Shown here in pieces: positions 55,778 through 64,000 of a stretch of 64,000 bases of DNA. Positions within the stretch are counted from its first letter, which is position 1. Each line of letters starts with the position of its first letter. The translations under genes and the position numbers were made by a program. Origin of the DNA: an uncultured Candidatus Saccharibacteria bacterium (GTDB lineage Bacteria > Patescibacteriota > Saccharimonadia > Saccharimonadales > AWTP1-31). A model generated the notes under the pieces. It saw only the letters and a program-made list of their open reading frames with translations, had not been told where the DNA came from and ran no database searches. The stretch lies in NCBI GenBank assembly GCA_964409615.1, contig CAYPDT010000001.1:243880-307879 (forward strand), given 5' to 3'.

Positions 55778-56695
55778 CTACTCACCACTCCACGCGTATG
55801 ATTGACCAACTTTTGCCAGTGCATAACTGAGCTGGTCTATAGTGTTGTCATTCACCGTACTGAGCACCACCCTACCCGTTGAATTACTAAGTGCTAGCTT
55901 TGTTTGGCCGCTATAGAATGCTTTGTACTCGCCTGGGCCTATCACATAGCCAGATAGTATATATTTCTTACTTATCTGAGAACCCACCACAATCTTGTAA
56001 GTCGAGAGGTCTATAGTCTGCGCCGACGAGTTGTGCAGCTCGATGAACTCTCCTTCGGCATCAGTTACTGGTGAAGCTGGGTCGGGCAGAACCTCAGTAA
56101 TGCGCAGTATGGAAGTGTCAACAGATGACCCGTCAGTACGCGCCACTAATGACTCGGAACTTACCGCAAAATCCTGCTTATTATTACCGGTTTGCACTAG
56201 CATGTGATTACTATCGACATTTCTTCTTAAAACCTGGCCAGCGCCCGGTGCGACTGCTGCAGACACCATAGGTAAGCCAGCAGTACCCCAACCCAAACGG
56301 TCTACTTCTTGCCCCTGATATGCAAGACGAAGATGACCTCCGCCAGCTGCTAACGTAGAATTAAATGTCTGATTAACATTAGATATGAGTGTTTGACTGG
56401 TAGCAATTACATAGGCGGAAGATGGCTCGGCTTGTCCTCGTAGGGCGATGATGCGACTCGGTTTGGTAAAATCTTTTGCAGTTGCCGGAAAATATTGGAC
56501 TACATAATCGGCAAGAGCGATGGCATGGTTAGAACTGTTGGTCAGCTCGATGAACTCATCACTGGCATTTTGAATACTGCCGGTTTGCACTGCAGTAATT
56601 AGTAAGCCATCGGGTATAGAAGTTAAAGCATAAGCTTGCTGCACTTGCAACAACTGCATGGATGCCATCAATACCGCTAGAATTACCCTCTTCAT
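55778..56695 (-). CDS. Secreted protein with two lamin-tail-like domains
   Basis: Signal peptide, and two copies of the LTD-like motif (DEFIELTNSSNHAIALADY; GEFIELHNSSAQTIDLSTY). It ends at a TAG that is followed by a long open in-frame extension. Confidence 0.65.
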   Translation of the reverse strand: MKRVILAVLMASMQLLQVQQAYALTSIPDGLLITAVQTGSIQNASDEFIELTNSSNHAIALADYVVQYFPATAKDFTKPSRIIALRGQAEPSSAYVIATSQTLISNVNQTFNSTLAAGGGHLRLAYQGQEVDRLGWGTAGLPMVSAAVAPGAGQVLRRNVDSNHMLVQTGNNKQDFAVSSESLVARTDGSSVDTSILRITEVLPDPASPVTDAEGEFIELHNSSAQTIDLSTYKIVVGSQISKKYILSGYVIGPGEYKAFYSGQTKLALSNSTGRVVLSTVNDNTIDQLSYALAKVGQSYAWSGE

Positions 56696-56772
56696 ACTTC
56701 CACGATACTACGCAAATACTATATTTACAAAATATATTTTACAGAAGCACAATCTTTATGTTTTAGTTATGT

Positions 56773-57306
56773 TTAGTTGGCCGGCAAGGGGTTAGCGGCA
56801 GGCACGACAGACTTTATGGGCTGCAGTGGGTCTTTTACAATAATTCGATTTTTATTTATTTCGACAATCTGATTACGGTCAATACTCAGGCTTCCCCCGG
56901 CAAAACTTCGGACGATAGACTGCACTACGTACAATTTTTGGATAATCATACTTTCTGGGTCAGTGGCAAAGTCGGTTATCTTTCCAAGCTTTTTCTTGTG
57001 TACCGTATAAACGGCCTTACCAATGAGCTGGTAGTCCCATTCCATGACATCATGTAAACGTACAAGGTCTTCGGGTTCACTTAAGACCTCGTGGTCGTTA
57101 ATTACCAAACCAGCCGGCAACACATCACGGATGTCACGATTAACCAGTATAAGAGTTTTGTGCGTGTCGATACTGTCAGTGCAATAAAAGCCCTCTATTT
57201 TTAAATTGGTCGGGTTAATGATTGGTGCACGTGCGGTTGCAACTCTACCGCCGGTACGAAGACTCATGACTGGCTGGTCTAGAAGAAGTTTCGAAAGTAT
57301 CAACAT
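56773..57306 (-). CDS. Hypothetical protein, possibly two PRC-barrel-like domains
   Basis: Two similar halves (..PVMSLRTGGRVATA..IINPTNLKIEGFY.. and ..GKAVYTVHKKKLGKITDF..), reminiscent of PRC-barrel/YlmC-type proteins. Confidence 0.35.
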   Translation of the reverse strand: MLILSKLLLDQPVMSLRTGGRVATARAPIINPTNLKIEGFYCTDSIDTHKTLILVNRDIRDVLPAGLVINDHEVLSEPEDLVRLHDVMEWDYQLIGKAVYTVHKKKLGKITDFATDPESMIIQKLYVVQSIVRSFAGGSLSIDRNQIVEINKNRIIVKDPLQPIKSVVPAANPLPAN

Positions 57307-57330
57307 AACCTTTTTAGTATATCAGCGATA

Positions 57331-57939
57331 TCACCGGTCTTCAGGCACTTCTAACGCAGTTTTAATATCTTGATAGTTATAGCCTTGTCGCATCAGATAG
57401 GCCATGAGCTTTGGGGGGTCCTGATAACGCGTCTGGCGTTGCTTTCGCACAATAAGTTCTCTGAGAATAGATAAGTCGTCAACTTCGTCCTCGGCCATCG
57501 CCTCGGTGATAATAACATCGCTTACACGCTTGGCTTTGAGCTCCTGAGTTAAGCGACGCCGACTCATACTTTTAAGAAGCCGTCTGTTTTCTATCCAGCG
57601 ACGGGCAAAATCTAAATCACTGAGCCAGTTCCCTTCGTACAGCTTATCAATAATTTGCTGCACCAATTCTGGTTCGTACTCTTTACGCTTCAAATAGTCA
57701 CGCATTTCCCACTCGCTTCGTGGCCGCCGGGCCAGTTGTCCGAGTGCAAGATTATAGGCCTTATCTGTTCGGGCAGTATCTTTGAGAACATGAAGTTCTT
57801 CCGCACTCAGCTCATGGCCTATGCGTATACCACTGTTCATTAGAGCCAATTCACTAAGCCCAAAGCTAAACTTACCATCGATGAAGATAGAGTAGCGACC
57901 CTGCGTCTTAACCTGCTGCTTTATGTCAGTAATCTTCAC
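57331..57939 (-). CDS. recX: RecX-family regulator
   Basis: About 200-aa helical-repeat protein (..LGQLARRPRSEWEMRDYLKRK.., ..RRLTQELKAKRV..) in the recA operon context. Confidence 0.65.
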   Translation of the reverse strand: MKITDIKQQVKTQGRYSIFIDGKFSFGLSELALMNSGIRIGHELSAEELHVLKDTARTDKAYNLALGQLARRPRSEWEMRDYLKRKEYEPELVQQIIDKLYEGNWLSDLDFARRWIENRRLLKSMSRRRLTQELKAKRVSDVIITEAMAEDEVDDLSILRELIVRKQRQTRYQDPPKLMAYLMRQGYNYQDIKTALEVPEDR

Positions 57940-57957
57940 TAGATCAACCTACCAATC

Positions 57958-58428
57958 TTAGACATTCCCTGCCAAACCATCGATAGCTGCTGGTGGTGCA
58001 GAAGTATGTAGTCCGAGCACTGCGGGAGACTGGTCGAGCTGAGCATCTACGATTTCGGGCTGTGGTGCCGTGGTAACTAGTTCATCCGTTGCCGCATTGG
58101 CCGCAACTGATTCATCGCGTCTTTGCATTTCATCACGGTAGCGGTTGTGTCGGCCCCAAGTCTCGGTCACACTTTCAACACCAATGACTGTGCCCACTAG
58201 CGCTATCCCCAGGTTGGCGGCTACGCTGCCTTGTTCGTGGCGTTGCACCAGGTCGGCAACAGCGGCCCCATACCCATACCCAAAAATCAGCAGTGAACCA
58301 AAAGACTCTCCGATAAATCTCCTGTGTAAGCTTGTTCTTGCGGCCTGAAGTTCGGCATAAGTTGCCAGTTCTTCATCTGGCAAATTACGATAACGTGCCC
58401 AGTTGGAAATGGTTTGAAGCGTACCCAT
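57958..58428 (-). CDS. Hypothetical 2-TM protein between recA and recX
   Basis: ORF with two hydrophobic helices (FGSLLIFGYGYGAAVA; LGIALVGTVIGV), tightly spaced within the recA-recX run. Confidence 0.45.
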   Translation of the reverse strand: MGTLQTISNWARYRNLPDEELATYAELQAARTSLHRRFIGESFGSLLIFGYGYGAAVADLVQRHEQGSVAANLGIALVGTVIGVESVTETWGRHNRYRDEMQRRDESVAANAATDELVTTAPQPEIVDAQLDQSPAVLGLHTSAPPAAIDGLAGNV

Positions 58429-58440
58429 CGGCTGTGGCTT

Positions 58441-59484
58441 TTATATCTCTTTGGTCGCTATAACACTAACTTTTTTGGCAATCTCTTCGAGAACTTTCGG
58501 ATTTTCTTCCAGGTATTTCTTGGTAGCCTCACGACCTTGACCAATCTTGGCATCGTTATACGCAAACCAGGCACCCGATTTTTCGACAATTTCGTGCTCT
58601 ACAGCTAGGTCAAGAACATCACCGCTTCGGGAAATACCTTGGTTATACATAATGTCAAACTCTGCCTGGCGGAAAGGAGGCGCAATTTTATTCTTAACTA
58701 CCTTAACGCGTGTACGATTGCCAATAATGCTTTCGCCTTGCTTAATCTGTGCGATACGACGGATGTCCATTCGTACTGATGCGTAAAACTTCAAAGCGTT
58801 ACCACCAGTAGTAGTCTCGGGATTACCGAACATTACACCAATTTTCATTCGGATTTGGTTAATAAAGATAACTGTGGCATTCGAGCGGCTGATAACACCG
58901 GTCAACTTGCGGAGTGCTTGGCTCATTAATCGGGCCTGCAATCCCATATGACTGTCGCCCATATCACCCTCGATTTCAGCGCGCGGGACGAGTGCCGCTA
59001 CTGAGTCGACAACAATCAAGTCGACTGCATTACTGCGAACCAATGTCTCAGTTATTTCGAGCGCCTGCTCTCCGTTGTCTGGCTGTGAAAGCAGCAGATT
59101 CTCTACGTCTACACCAATGCGCTTGGCATAGGCTGGATCCAGAGCATGCTCGGCATCGATAAATGCAGCCGTGCCACCTTGCTTTTGAATCTGAGCAATT
59201 GCGTGCAGAGTTAATGTGGTCTTACCTGAAGATTCAGGACCATAAATTTCGATAATACGACCCTTTGGAATACCGCCACCAAGAGCGATGTCGAGCGATA
59301 AACTTCCGGTGGGAATACACTCTACTTTTGCTGCGTGAGCTTCGCCCAATTTCATAATAGAACCCTTACCGAATTGCTTCTCGATTGTGTCGAGCGCTAG
59401 GCCAAGAGCCTTGCTCTTGCCGTCGGTTGTTTGTGGTTCTTGGTTCTTTGTTGGATCTTCTTTTTTTGGCTTCTTTTCTGCCAT
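58441..59484 (-). CDS. recA: Recombinase A
   Basis: Walker [10 protein letters not shown], plus [10 protein letters not shown] and [28 protein letters not shown]. Start placed at 59484, which has SD AGGAGGG upstream. Confidence 0.95.
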   Translation of the reverse strand: MAEKKPKKEDPTKNQEPQTTDGKSKALGLALDTIEKQFGKGSIMKLGEAHAAKVECIPTGSLSLDIALGGGIPKGRIIEIYGPESSGKTTLTLHAIAQIQKQGGTAAFIDAEHALDPAYAKRIGVDVENLLLSQPDNGEQALEITETLVRSNAVDLIVVDSVAALVPRAEIEGDMGDSHMGLQARLMSQALRKLTGVISRSNATVIFINQIRMKIGVMFGNPETTTGGNALKFYASVRMDIRRIAQIKQGESIIGNRTRVKVVKNKIAPPFRQAEFDIMYNQGISRSGDVLDLAVEHEIVEKSGAWFAYNDAKIGQGREATKKYLEENPKVLEEIAKKVSVIATKEI

Positions 59485-59737
59485 AGTGTTCTTACCCTCC
59501 TGACACATGCGGTCACTTATAAAACTATGTTTTGCTATTACCCTCCACGAGTGGTCTATAGATAGTATACCAATTCGTAGCCCGTGTTAATTGCTCGCGT
59601 TAAAATTCACTCGATTATCGTAATAAAAACGAGCGGGTCCTGCCAGTCGGTCCGCCCCTCCTTCGCTCACTTACGCTCGCCTCCGGGGGAGCTGCCCCGC
59701 CTCCTGTCACCCGCTAACCCCATGTAGTGCACCGAAC

Positions 59738-59766
59738 TTGACGATACATCGCTTACGGTTGATAAT
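59738..59766 (+). promoter_or_regulatory. Promoter TTGACG-N17-GATAAT driving a (near-)leaderless pilin mRNA
   Basis: -35 at 59738-59743 and -10 at 59761-59766. The ATG at 59776 is only 9 nt after the -10, and there is no SD. Confidence 0.5.
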
Positions 59767-59775
59767 TATCCCTAT

Positions 59776-60225
59776 ATGAAACGCACCACAGGCCAAGATG
59801 GCTTCACTATTGTCGAATTGCTCATTTTTATCATCATCATTGGAATTTTGGCCGGCCTAATTGTCACCTCTTTTTCTAGCTTCAAACAGAAAGATCGCAA
59901 TCAGAGTCGACAAAAAGATGTCAAAGCATTACAGGTTGCCGTAGAGGGATATTATGCTCAAAACGGTAAATACCCAACCTTGAATGAGCTTAATGATTCA
60001 GCCTGGCGAACCAAGAATGTCAAAGCCCTTGAAGCGGATGATTTCCAAGACCCCGAGGGTACTGACTCTAAACTGACTGCAAAACCCGGTGCGCGCGCCT
60101 ACAGTTACGAAGTAACTGCCGATGACGGAGCCGCGTGCGATAACAGCACTAAAGATTGCACCAAGTACACACTAACCGCCACTCTTGAAGGTACAGATGC
60201 CTTCGTGAAGAATAACGTTAACTAG
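59776..60225 (+). CDS. Type IV pilin-like protein (prepilin-type N-terminal cleavage/methylation domain)
   Basis: Class III signal MKRTTGQDG/FTIVELLIFIIIIGILAGLIV (G-F-T-x-x-E). Confidence 0.85.
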   Translation: MKRTTGQDGFTIVELLIFIIIIGILAGLIVTSFSSFKQKDRNQSRQKDVKALQVAVEGYYAQNGKYPTLNELNDSAWRTKNVKALEADDFQDPEGTDSKLTAKPGARAYSYEVTADDGAACDNSTKDCTKYTLTATLEGTDAFVKNNVN

Positions 60226-60251
60226 CTAAATAACTGAATCGGTATTTAAGA

Positions 60252-60947
60252 TTACTGTTGATTTTGACCAGTTGGGTCGATTGGCGCTGCCGGTTGCTGA
60301 ATAGGTTCGGGCTGGTATTGTGCTTGTTGCGGTTGCTGCTCTGGATAGTTACCTGGTTGACTGTAAGCATAGCTACGCTGTTCTTCGCGGAATTCACTTT
60401 CGCGGCGACCCATAAACTGTTGTCGCGCCTCAAGAACCAGCTTGGCATAGTGGTCGGCATGCGGGCAATAATCGAAATGGAAGTTTTCTTGCTCACCAGC
60501 GGTTTCAATCAGCAGCTTGCCGTAATTAAGCGTAGTAGGGAAAAAGCCATTACTATTTGCCGTAACGTCTTCGACGCTCGAGATTGCCAACTGAGATGTT
60601 TTTTTGCTGAACAAACTAGTTTGAATCGTCTGAGTTATGGTTTTGTCGGTAACGACAATCTGACTTTGGTAATAAATAACTGTGGCGATAAAAACGATAA
60701 ATAGCATAAAACCGATAATCACCACCGCGCCAAGACCCAGCATGGTGTAAGCGGCCTGGTTTTGTTCGGGGTCGATAAATTCGGGCAACAGATAGTAGAT
60801 AAGGCCCCCGGCGGCAGCTAGCCCAATAAAAGTTTGGACGTATAATTTTACAATTCCGAAAGGATGACGCTTGATAACTGCCAAGATTTTTTCGTCTTGG
60901 TCGACACTATGCAGTGTATGATGAAAATCTTGTTTTGGTGGATTCAT
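60252..60947 (-). CDS. Membrane protein with bacterial PH-like (YdbS/YdbT-type) domain and Gln/Pro-rich tail
   Basis: DEKILAVIKRHPFGIVKLY is followed by two TM helices and a soluble domain. The C-terminus is Q/P-rich. Confidence 0.45.
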   Translation of the reverse strand: MNPPKQDFHHTLHSVDQDEKILAVIKRHPFGIVKLYVQTFIGLAAAGGLIYYLLPEFIDPEQNQAAYTMLGLGAVVIIGFMLFIVFIATVIYYQSQIVVTDKTITQTIQTSLFSKKTSQLAISSVEDVTANSNGFFPTTLNYGKLLIETAGEQENFHFDYCPHADHYAKLVLEARQQFMGRRESEFREEQRSYAYSQPGNYPEQQPQQAQYQPEPIQQPAAPIDPTGQNQQ

Positions 60948-60955
60948 GGCCTCTA

Positions 60956-61987
60956 TTATAACAGTGTTGGCTGATTATCAGCGGTGAACTTTCTGCCGAG
61001 GTGTGCATAGGCTTTGGGTGTTACCTTGCGACCGCGCGGCGTACGCTCCAGTAATCCAATCTGCATAAGGTATGGTTCATAAAAGTCTTCGATGGTGCTT
61101 CGCTCTTCGGCAGTCAGGGCAGCCAGAGTCTCTACCCCTACGGGTCCACCGTTGTAGCTGTCGATAATTGCATTGAGCAACATGCGGTCACCAGGATCAA
61201 GACCCAGTTCGTCAACTTCTAGCAACTCTAGGGCATGACCACTAATAACCGTATCGATGATGCCATCACCGTTTACATCGGCATAATCTCTTACCCGCCG
61301 GAGGAGTCGATTAGCAATTCGAGGTGTTAAGCGCGCACGCAAGGCAAGCTGCTGGGCGGCTTTTTCATCGATATGTATGCCTAAGATGCCTGCCGCACGA
61401 ACAATAATTTTGGCAACCTCTTCTGGTGTGTAGAACTCAAGGCGATGAATCATGCCAAAACGATCACGAAGCGGTGCAGCGAGTGCCCCGGTGCGAGTAG
61501 TAGCCCCGATAAGCGTAAACCGTGGCAAATCAAGCCGTAGACTCTTTGCACTCGGCCCTTTGCCTAGCATAATATCCAACTTAAAATCTTCCATTGCGCT
61601 ATACAGAACTTCTTCAACCGTACGATGTAAACGATGTACTTCGTCGATGAACAATATATCGCCATCTTGTAAGTTTGTAAGAAGGCTGGCCAAATCTCCA
61701 GCGCGCTCAATGGCTGGGCCACTAGTAATACGTATCTGGGCACCCATCTCGTTAGCAATAACACTGGCCATTGTTGTCTTCCCCAGACCAGGAGGGCCGT
61801 ACAATAATACGTGGTCGAGCGCTTCTCCCCGCTTTTTGGCGGCGTCGATTGCCAGCTTAATATTTTTCTTTAAACGTTCCTGTCCAATATAGTTGGCAAA
61901 ATCTTTAGGTCGCAAAGTTTGCTCGAGCTCTTGCTCGGCTTCATCCTCTACATCTGCTCCTGTGCTGACGATTCGTTCTATTGCCAT
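60956..61987 (-). CDS. ruvB: Holliday junction branch-migration helicase RuvB
   Basis: Contains [16 protein letters not shown], Walker [10 protein letters not shown], Walker [10 protein letters not shown], and a RuvB-type C-terminal wHTH. Confidence 0.95.
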   Translation of the reverse strand: MAIERIVSTGADVEDEAEQELEQTLRPKDFANYIGQERLKKNIKLAIDAAKKRGEALDHVLLYGPPGLGKTTMASVIANEMGAQIRITSGPAIERAGDLASLLTNLQDGDILFIDEVHRLHRTVEEVLYSAMEDFKLDIMLGKGPSAKSLRLDLPRFTLIGATTRTGALAAPLRDRFGMIHRLEFYTPEEVAKIIVRAAGILGIHIDEKAAQQLALRARLTPRIANRLLRRVRDYADVNGDGIIDTVISGHALELLEVDELGLDPGDRMLLNAIIDSYNGGPVGVETLAALTAEERSTIEDFYEPYLMQIGLLERTPRGRKVTPKAYAHLGRKFTADNQPTLL

Positions 61988-62028
61988 AATCTATATTCTA
62001 CAATTTTCTGTACTGCTGAGCGAATTGT

Positions 62029-62694
62029 TTGAACATTACATTTGTATTTTGGCTAACAGTCTTTACTATTACAGATATGGTTCGAGGAATTACTAGAGTG
62101 CCCGTCGCCCAAAGCATCACTGACTTAAACAGCAGCATCCACGCAGCCGTTGGTAAAGTGCGTGCCGAAATGGGGCTTGAATACGCTGGAGGCATGTTTT
62201 ATAGCCGTCGTTATTTGGCACACATCGCAAGTAGATTAGCGGTAGGTACGCTTCTTCAAAAAACAGTTATGACTAGTTCTGATATTGATGCGCTGCTCGA
62301 TAGCGACCCAGGCAATACTACTGTCACCGCTAATTTCAAAAGTCTCCAAGCTTTGGATCTAGACATTTCCGGCAAGGAGCGTATCGACCGACGCATCATG
62401 CATCAATTGCAATCAAATAATGTCCCAAGTCAGCTGTGGCCTTGGATTTCTAAGATTGTGGCTACTCACCAAGTCACTGAAGGTGCTTATATGCCACCGA
62501 ATCTTAGTGAAAAGTTCTACGAAATTGGTGTTTCTGGGGGACTACGTAGCCATGCCCCACATGACACATGCATAGCATGGATGTCGGCCTACGATGCTTC
62601 TACGGCCCAGCAGGCAGCAGATTTATTATTGACGACTCTGCGCCAGGAGGCGGTGCTGGGCCTGCGACTCATGCCAGCCACAATGAGCGATTAA
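62029..62694 (+). CDS. Hypothetical protein encoded opposite to and between ruvB and ruvA (start uncertain)
   Basis: Non-repetitive 221-aa ORF that overlaps the ruvA stop by 4 nt. I recognised no motif. Confidence 0.35.
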   Translation: MNITFVFWLTVFTITDMVRGITRVPVAQSITDLNSSIHAAVGKVRAEMGLEYAGGMFYSRRYLAHIASRLAVGTLLQKTVMTSSDIDALLDSDPGNTTVTANFKSLQALDLDISGKERIDRRIMHQLQSNNVPSQLWPWISKIVATHQVTEGAYMPPNLSEKFYEIGVSGGLRSHAPHDTCIAWMSAYDASTAQQAADLLLTTLRQEAVLGLRLMPATMSD

Positions 62695-63278
62695 CGTGAC
62701 TTGAGAGCTCGCTTAACACGCTCCTCTATAGGCAAAGTTACGTCAATGCCCTCTAAAGCTTGTTGTGCATCAATATCAGAGTAACCAAGTGACAATAAAG
62801 CTTGAATTGCTTCATCGGACTGGTTAACGCCCGCTCTGCTAATAAGGCCTTCGGCAGCGGCACCAACAGGTGCTCCAACTTTGTCGCGAAGTTCAACCAC
62901 TATTTGTTCTGCGGCACGTTTGCCGACTCCTTTTGCAGTTTGCAGAATCTTGACCTCACCTCCGGCTATGGCTGCCCTGACTACTGCCTCTGGACCAATG
63001 TCTAGCACCGCAAGCGCACCTTTAGGCCCCACGTTCTTTACACTGAGGAGCTGCTCGAATAGCTGTTTGGTGCTTTGTGATTTAAAGCCTATCAAATCAT
63101 GGGCATCTTCTTTGATATGTTCATGAATATATAATTTTACTTCTGCACCATTTGGCAACGCTCCTTGGTCGGTAGAGGTAACCATCACTCCATATCCAAC
63201 AAAACCAACCTCGAGAATCACCTGGTTACCTTGATGTTCGGTAACGATACCGGTAAGTGTTGCAATCATATTCAGCAT
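62691..63278 (-). CDS. ruvA: Holliday junction DNA-binding protein RuvA
   Basis: The N-terminal OB-like MIATLTGIV..V.LEVGFVGYGV, two HhH motifs (LLSVKNVGPKGAL; LQTAKGVGKRAAEQI), and a C-terminal domain III. Confidence 0.9.
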   Translation of the reverse strand: MLNMIATLTGIVTEHQGNQVILEVGFVGYGVMVTSTDQGALPNGAEVKLYIHEHIKEDAHDLIGFKSQSTKQLFEQLLSVKNVGPKGALAVLDIGPEAVVRAAIAGGEVKILQTAKGVGKRAAEQIVVELRDKVGAPVGAAAEGLISRAGVNQSDEAIQALLSLGYSDIDAQQALEGIDVTLPIEERVKRALKSR

Positions 63279-63295
63279 TATGACACAATTTTTTT

Positions 63296-63362
63296 GTTTC
63301 CAAGGTCCGACCTTGGATTACACTTGTGGTATTTTGATTTTTCCAAGGTCGGACCTTGGAAA
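63296..63362. repeat. Inverted doublet of REP-like palindromes (copies c and d) upstream of the RAYT gene
   Basis: Copy c (63296-63317) is GTTTCCAAGGTC-C-GACCTTGGA. Copy d (63340-63362) is TTTCCAAGGTC-G-GACCTTGGAAA. They are separated by a 22-nt spacer and have opposite central bases (opposite orientation). Confidence 0.8.
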
Positions 63363-63390
63363 CTAAGTTTCAGTGATATAGTATGCCTGT

Positions 63391-64000
63391 ATGCCGAGTC
63401 GAAATGTTGAAAAAATATACCTAGCCGAAAACTACTATCATGTATATAACAGAGGGGTCAATAAACGTCGTATTTTTATGGACGAAGAAGACTACGCAGT
63501 TTTTCTGAATCTTCTCAAACGCTACTTAGGGAAGGGCGCAGTCGATAAAAAAGGTAGACACTATGTAAACCTCAACGGGAAAATTGAACTCTTGTCATTC
63601 TGTCTTATGCCAAATCATTTTCACCTACTCTTTTATCTGGTAGAGCCGACTGCACTGACACAACTTATGCGTAACGTCACTACAACATACACTATGTATT
63701 TCAATAAAAAACACGGACGCGTTGGCCATTTGTATCAAGAGAGGTTCAAAGCTAGCCGAATTGATAATGATGCATATCTAACCCATATCGCCCGCTATAT
63801 TCACCTGAATCCTGTCGGATACCGGACTTGGGATTTCTCTAGTCACCCCTACTACATGGGCGATAAGTATGCCACCTGGATACACCCAGAGCGAATCCTT
63901 GAGCTGTTTAGTAGTCGTCAAGAATATGCTGACTTTGTTGAAGATTACGAATCAAACAAGCAATTGTTCGATAAATACAAGCAAGAGTTAGCCGACTTCT
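63391..64000 (+). CDS. REP-associated tyrosine transposase (RAYT; IS200/IS605-like Y1 HUH family), 3' end cut by window
   Basis: I translated this by hand; the frame is open from the ATG at 63391 to the window end (203 codons). Contains YHVYNRGVNKRRIF, the HUH motif MPNHFHLL, GHLYQERFK, and the catalytic Tyr context ARYIHLNPV. It is absent from the ORF track because there is no stop in the window. Confidence 0.8.
   Translation, partial: MPSRNVEKIYLAENYYHVYNRGVNKRRIFMDEEDYAVFLNLLKRYLGKGAVDKKGRHYVNLNGKIELLSFCLMPNHFHLLFYLVEPTALTQLMRNVTTTYTMYFNKKHGRVGHLYQERFKASRIDNDAYLTHIARYIHLNPVGYRTWDFSSHPYYMGDKYATWIHPERILELFSSRQEYADFVEDYESNKQLFDKYKQELADF

Noticed and set aside
34349-63362. Possibility that the repeated 25-nt palindromes represent a CRISPR array
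   Set aside because: The copies are dispersed at 34.3, 51.8 and 63.3 kb, with only one closely spaced pair, and that pair is in inverted rather than direct orientation. There is no regular repeat-spacer periodicity and there are no cas genes. They fit REP elements better.
1-64000. Alternative genetic code (UGA or UAG reassignment as in some CPR lineages)
   Set aside because: Well-recognised genes end cleanly at each of the three stop codons: murD and ruvB at TGA, recA and ruvA at TAA, and the 9702..11522 and 22204..22608 ORFs at TAG. Their lengths match their families under the standard code. The single in-frame TAG case at 55778 is reported as a local anomaly instead.

Overview
This 64-kb window looks like it comes from a small-genome, sortase-using bacterium. 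The gene content resembles a Candidate Phyla Radiation / Saccharibacteria-like organism: type IV pilin, rny, tsaB/tsaE, murD, recA-recX, ruvAB, very little biosynthesis and many surface proteins. The taxonomy is inference only.

Layout:
- 1-8.5 kb: an apparent integrative (conjugative or mobilizable) element. It holds a TraG/VirD4-like ATPase, two paralogous beta-helix surface proteins flanking a sortase, a replication-relaxation-like protein, and a large serine recombinase whose 3' end runs into tRNA-Glu.
- 8.5-23 kb: envelope, surface and signalling genes. These include an Lnt-like protein, an LPNTG PKD/DUF11 protein, a histidine kinase, pdaD, and three tandem receiver-only response regulators.
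- 23-49 kb: housekeeping and accessory genes. These include murD plus a PP-loop protein that may be MurL-like, Nudix, S51, TrmB, HIT, a yydHIJ-like peptide/protease/ABC cluster, chorismate mutase, folD, Crp, four more tRNAs, DUF1345, GNAT plus M23, a P1B ATPase, HAD, CYTH, a frameshifted MBL hydrolase, and rny.
- 49-57 kb: two further substrate-sortase cassettes (one substrate is an S8 protease), tsaB, tsaE and a lamin-tail-domain protein.
- 57-64 kb: recX, recA, pilin, ruvB, ruvA and a 3'-truncated RAYT-type transposase.

Main second-look items:
1. G8/G9 homopolymers sit exactly in the -35/-10 spacers of the two paralogous surface-protein genes, a candidate phase-variation switch.
2. A non-canonical [A/V/L]PNTG sorting signal is shared by five proteins served by three sortases.
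3. A 25-nt palindromic REP-like element occurs four times, including an inverted doublet directly upstream of the RAYT gene.
4. An A7 tract separates the SD+ATG from the body of the S8 protease ORF.
5. An in-frame TAG in the lamin-tail protein is followed by a 110-codon open extension that encodes a membrane anchor.
6. Two promoter-leader-terminator arrangements occur, one upstream of pdaD and one upstream of a GNAT/M23 pair.
7. A 150-nt extended hairpin lies in a 360-nt intergenic region.

I found no rRNA and no CRISPR array. All homology calls rest on motif recognition by eye, not on database searches.
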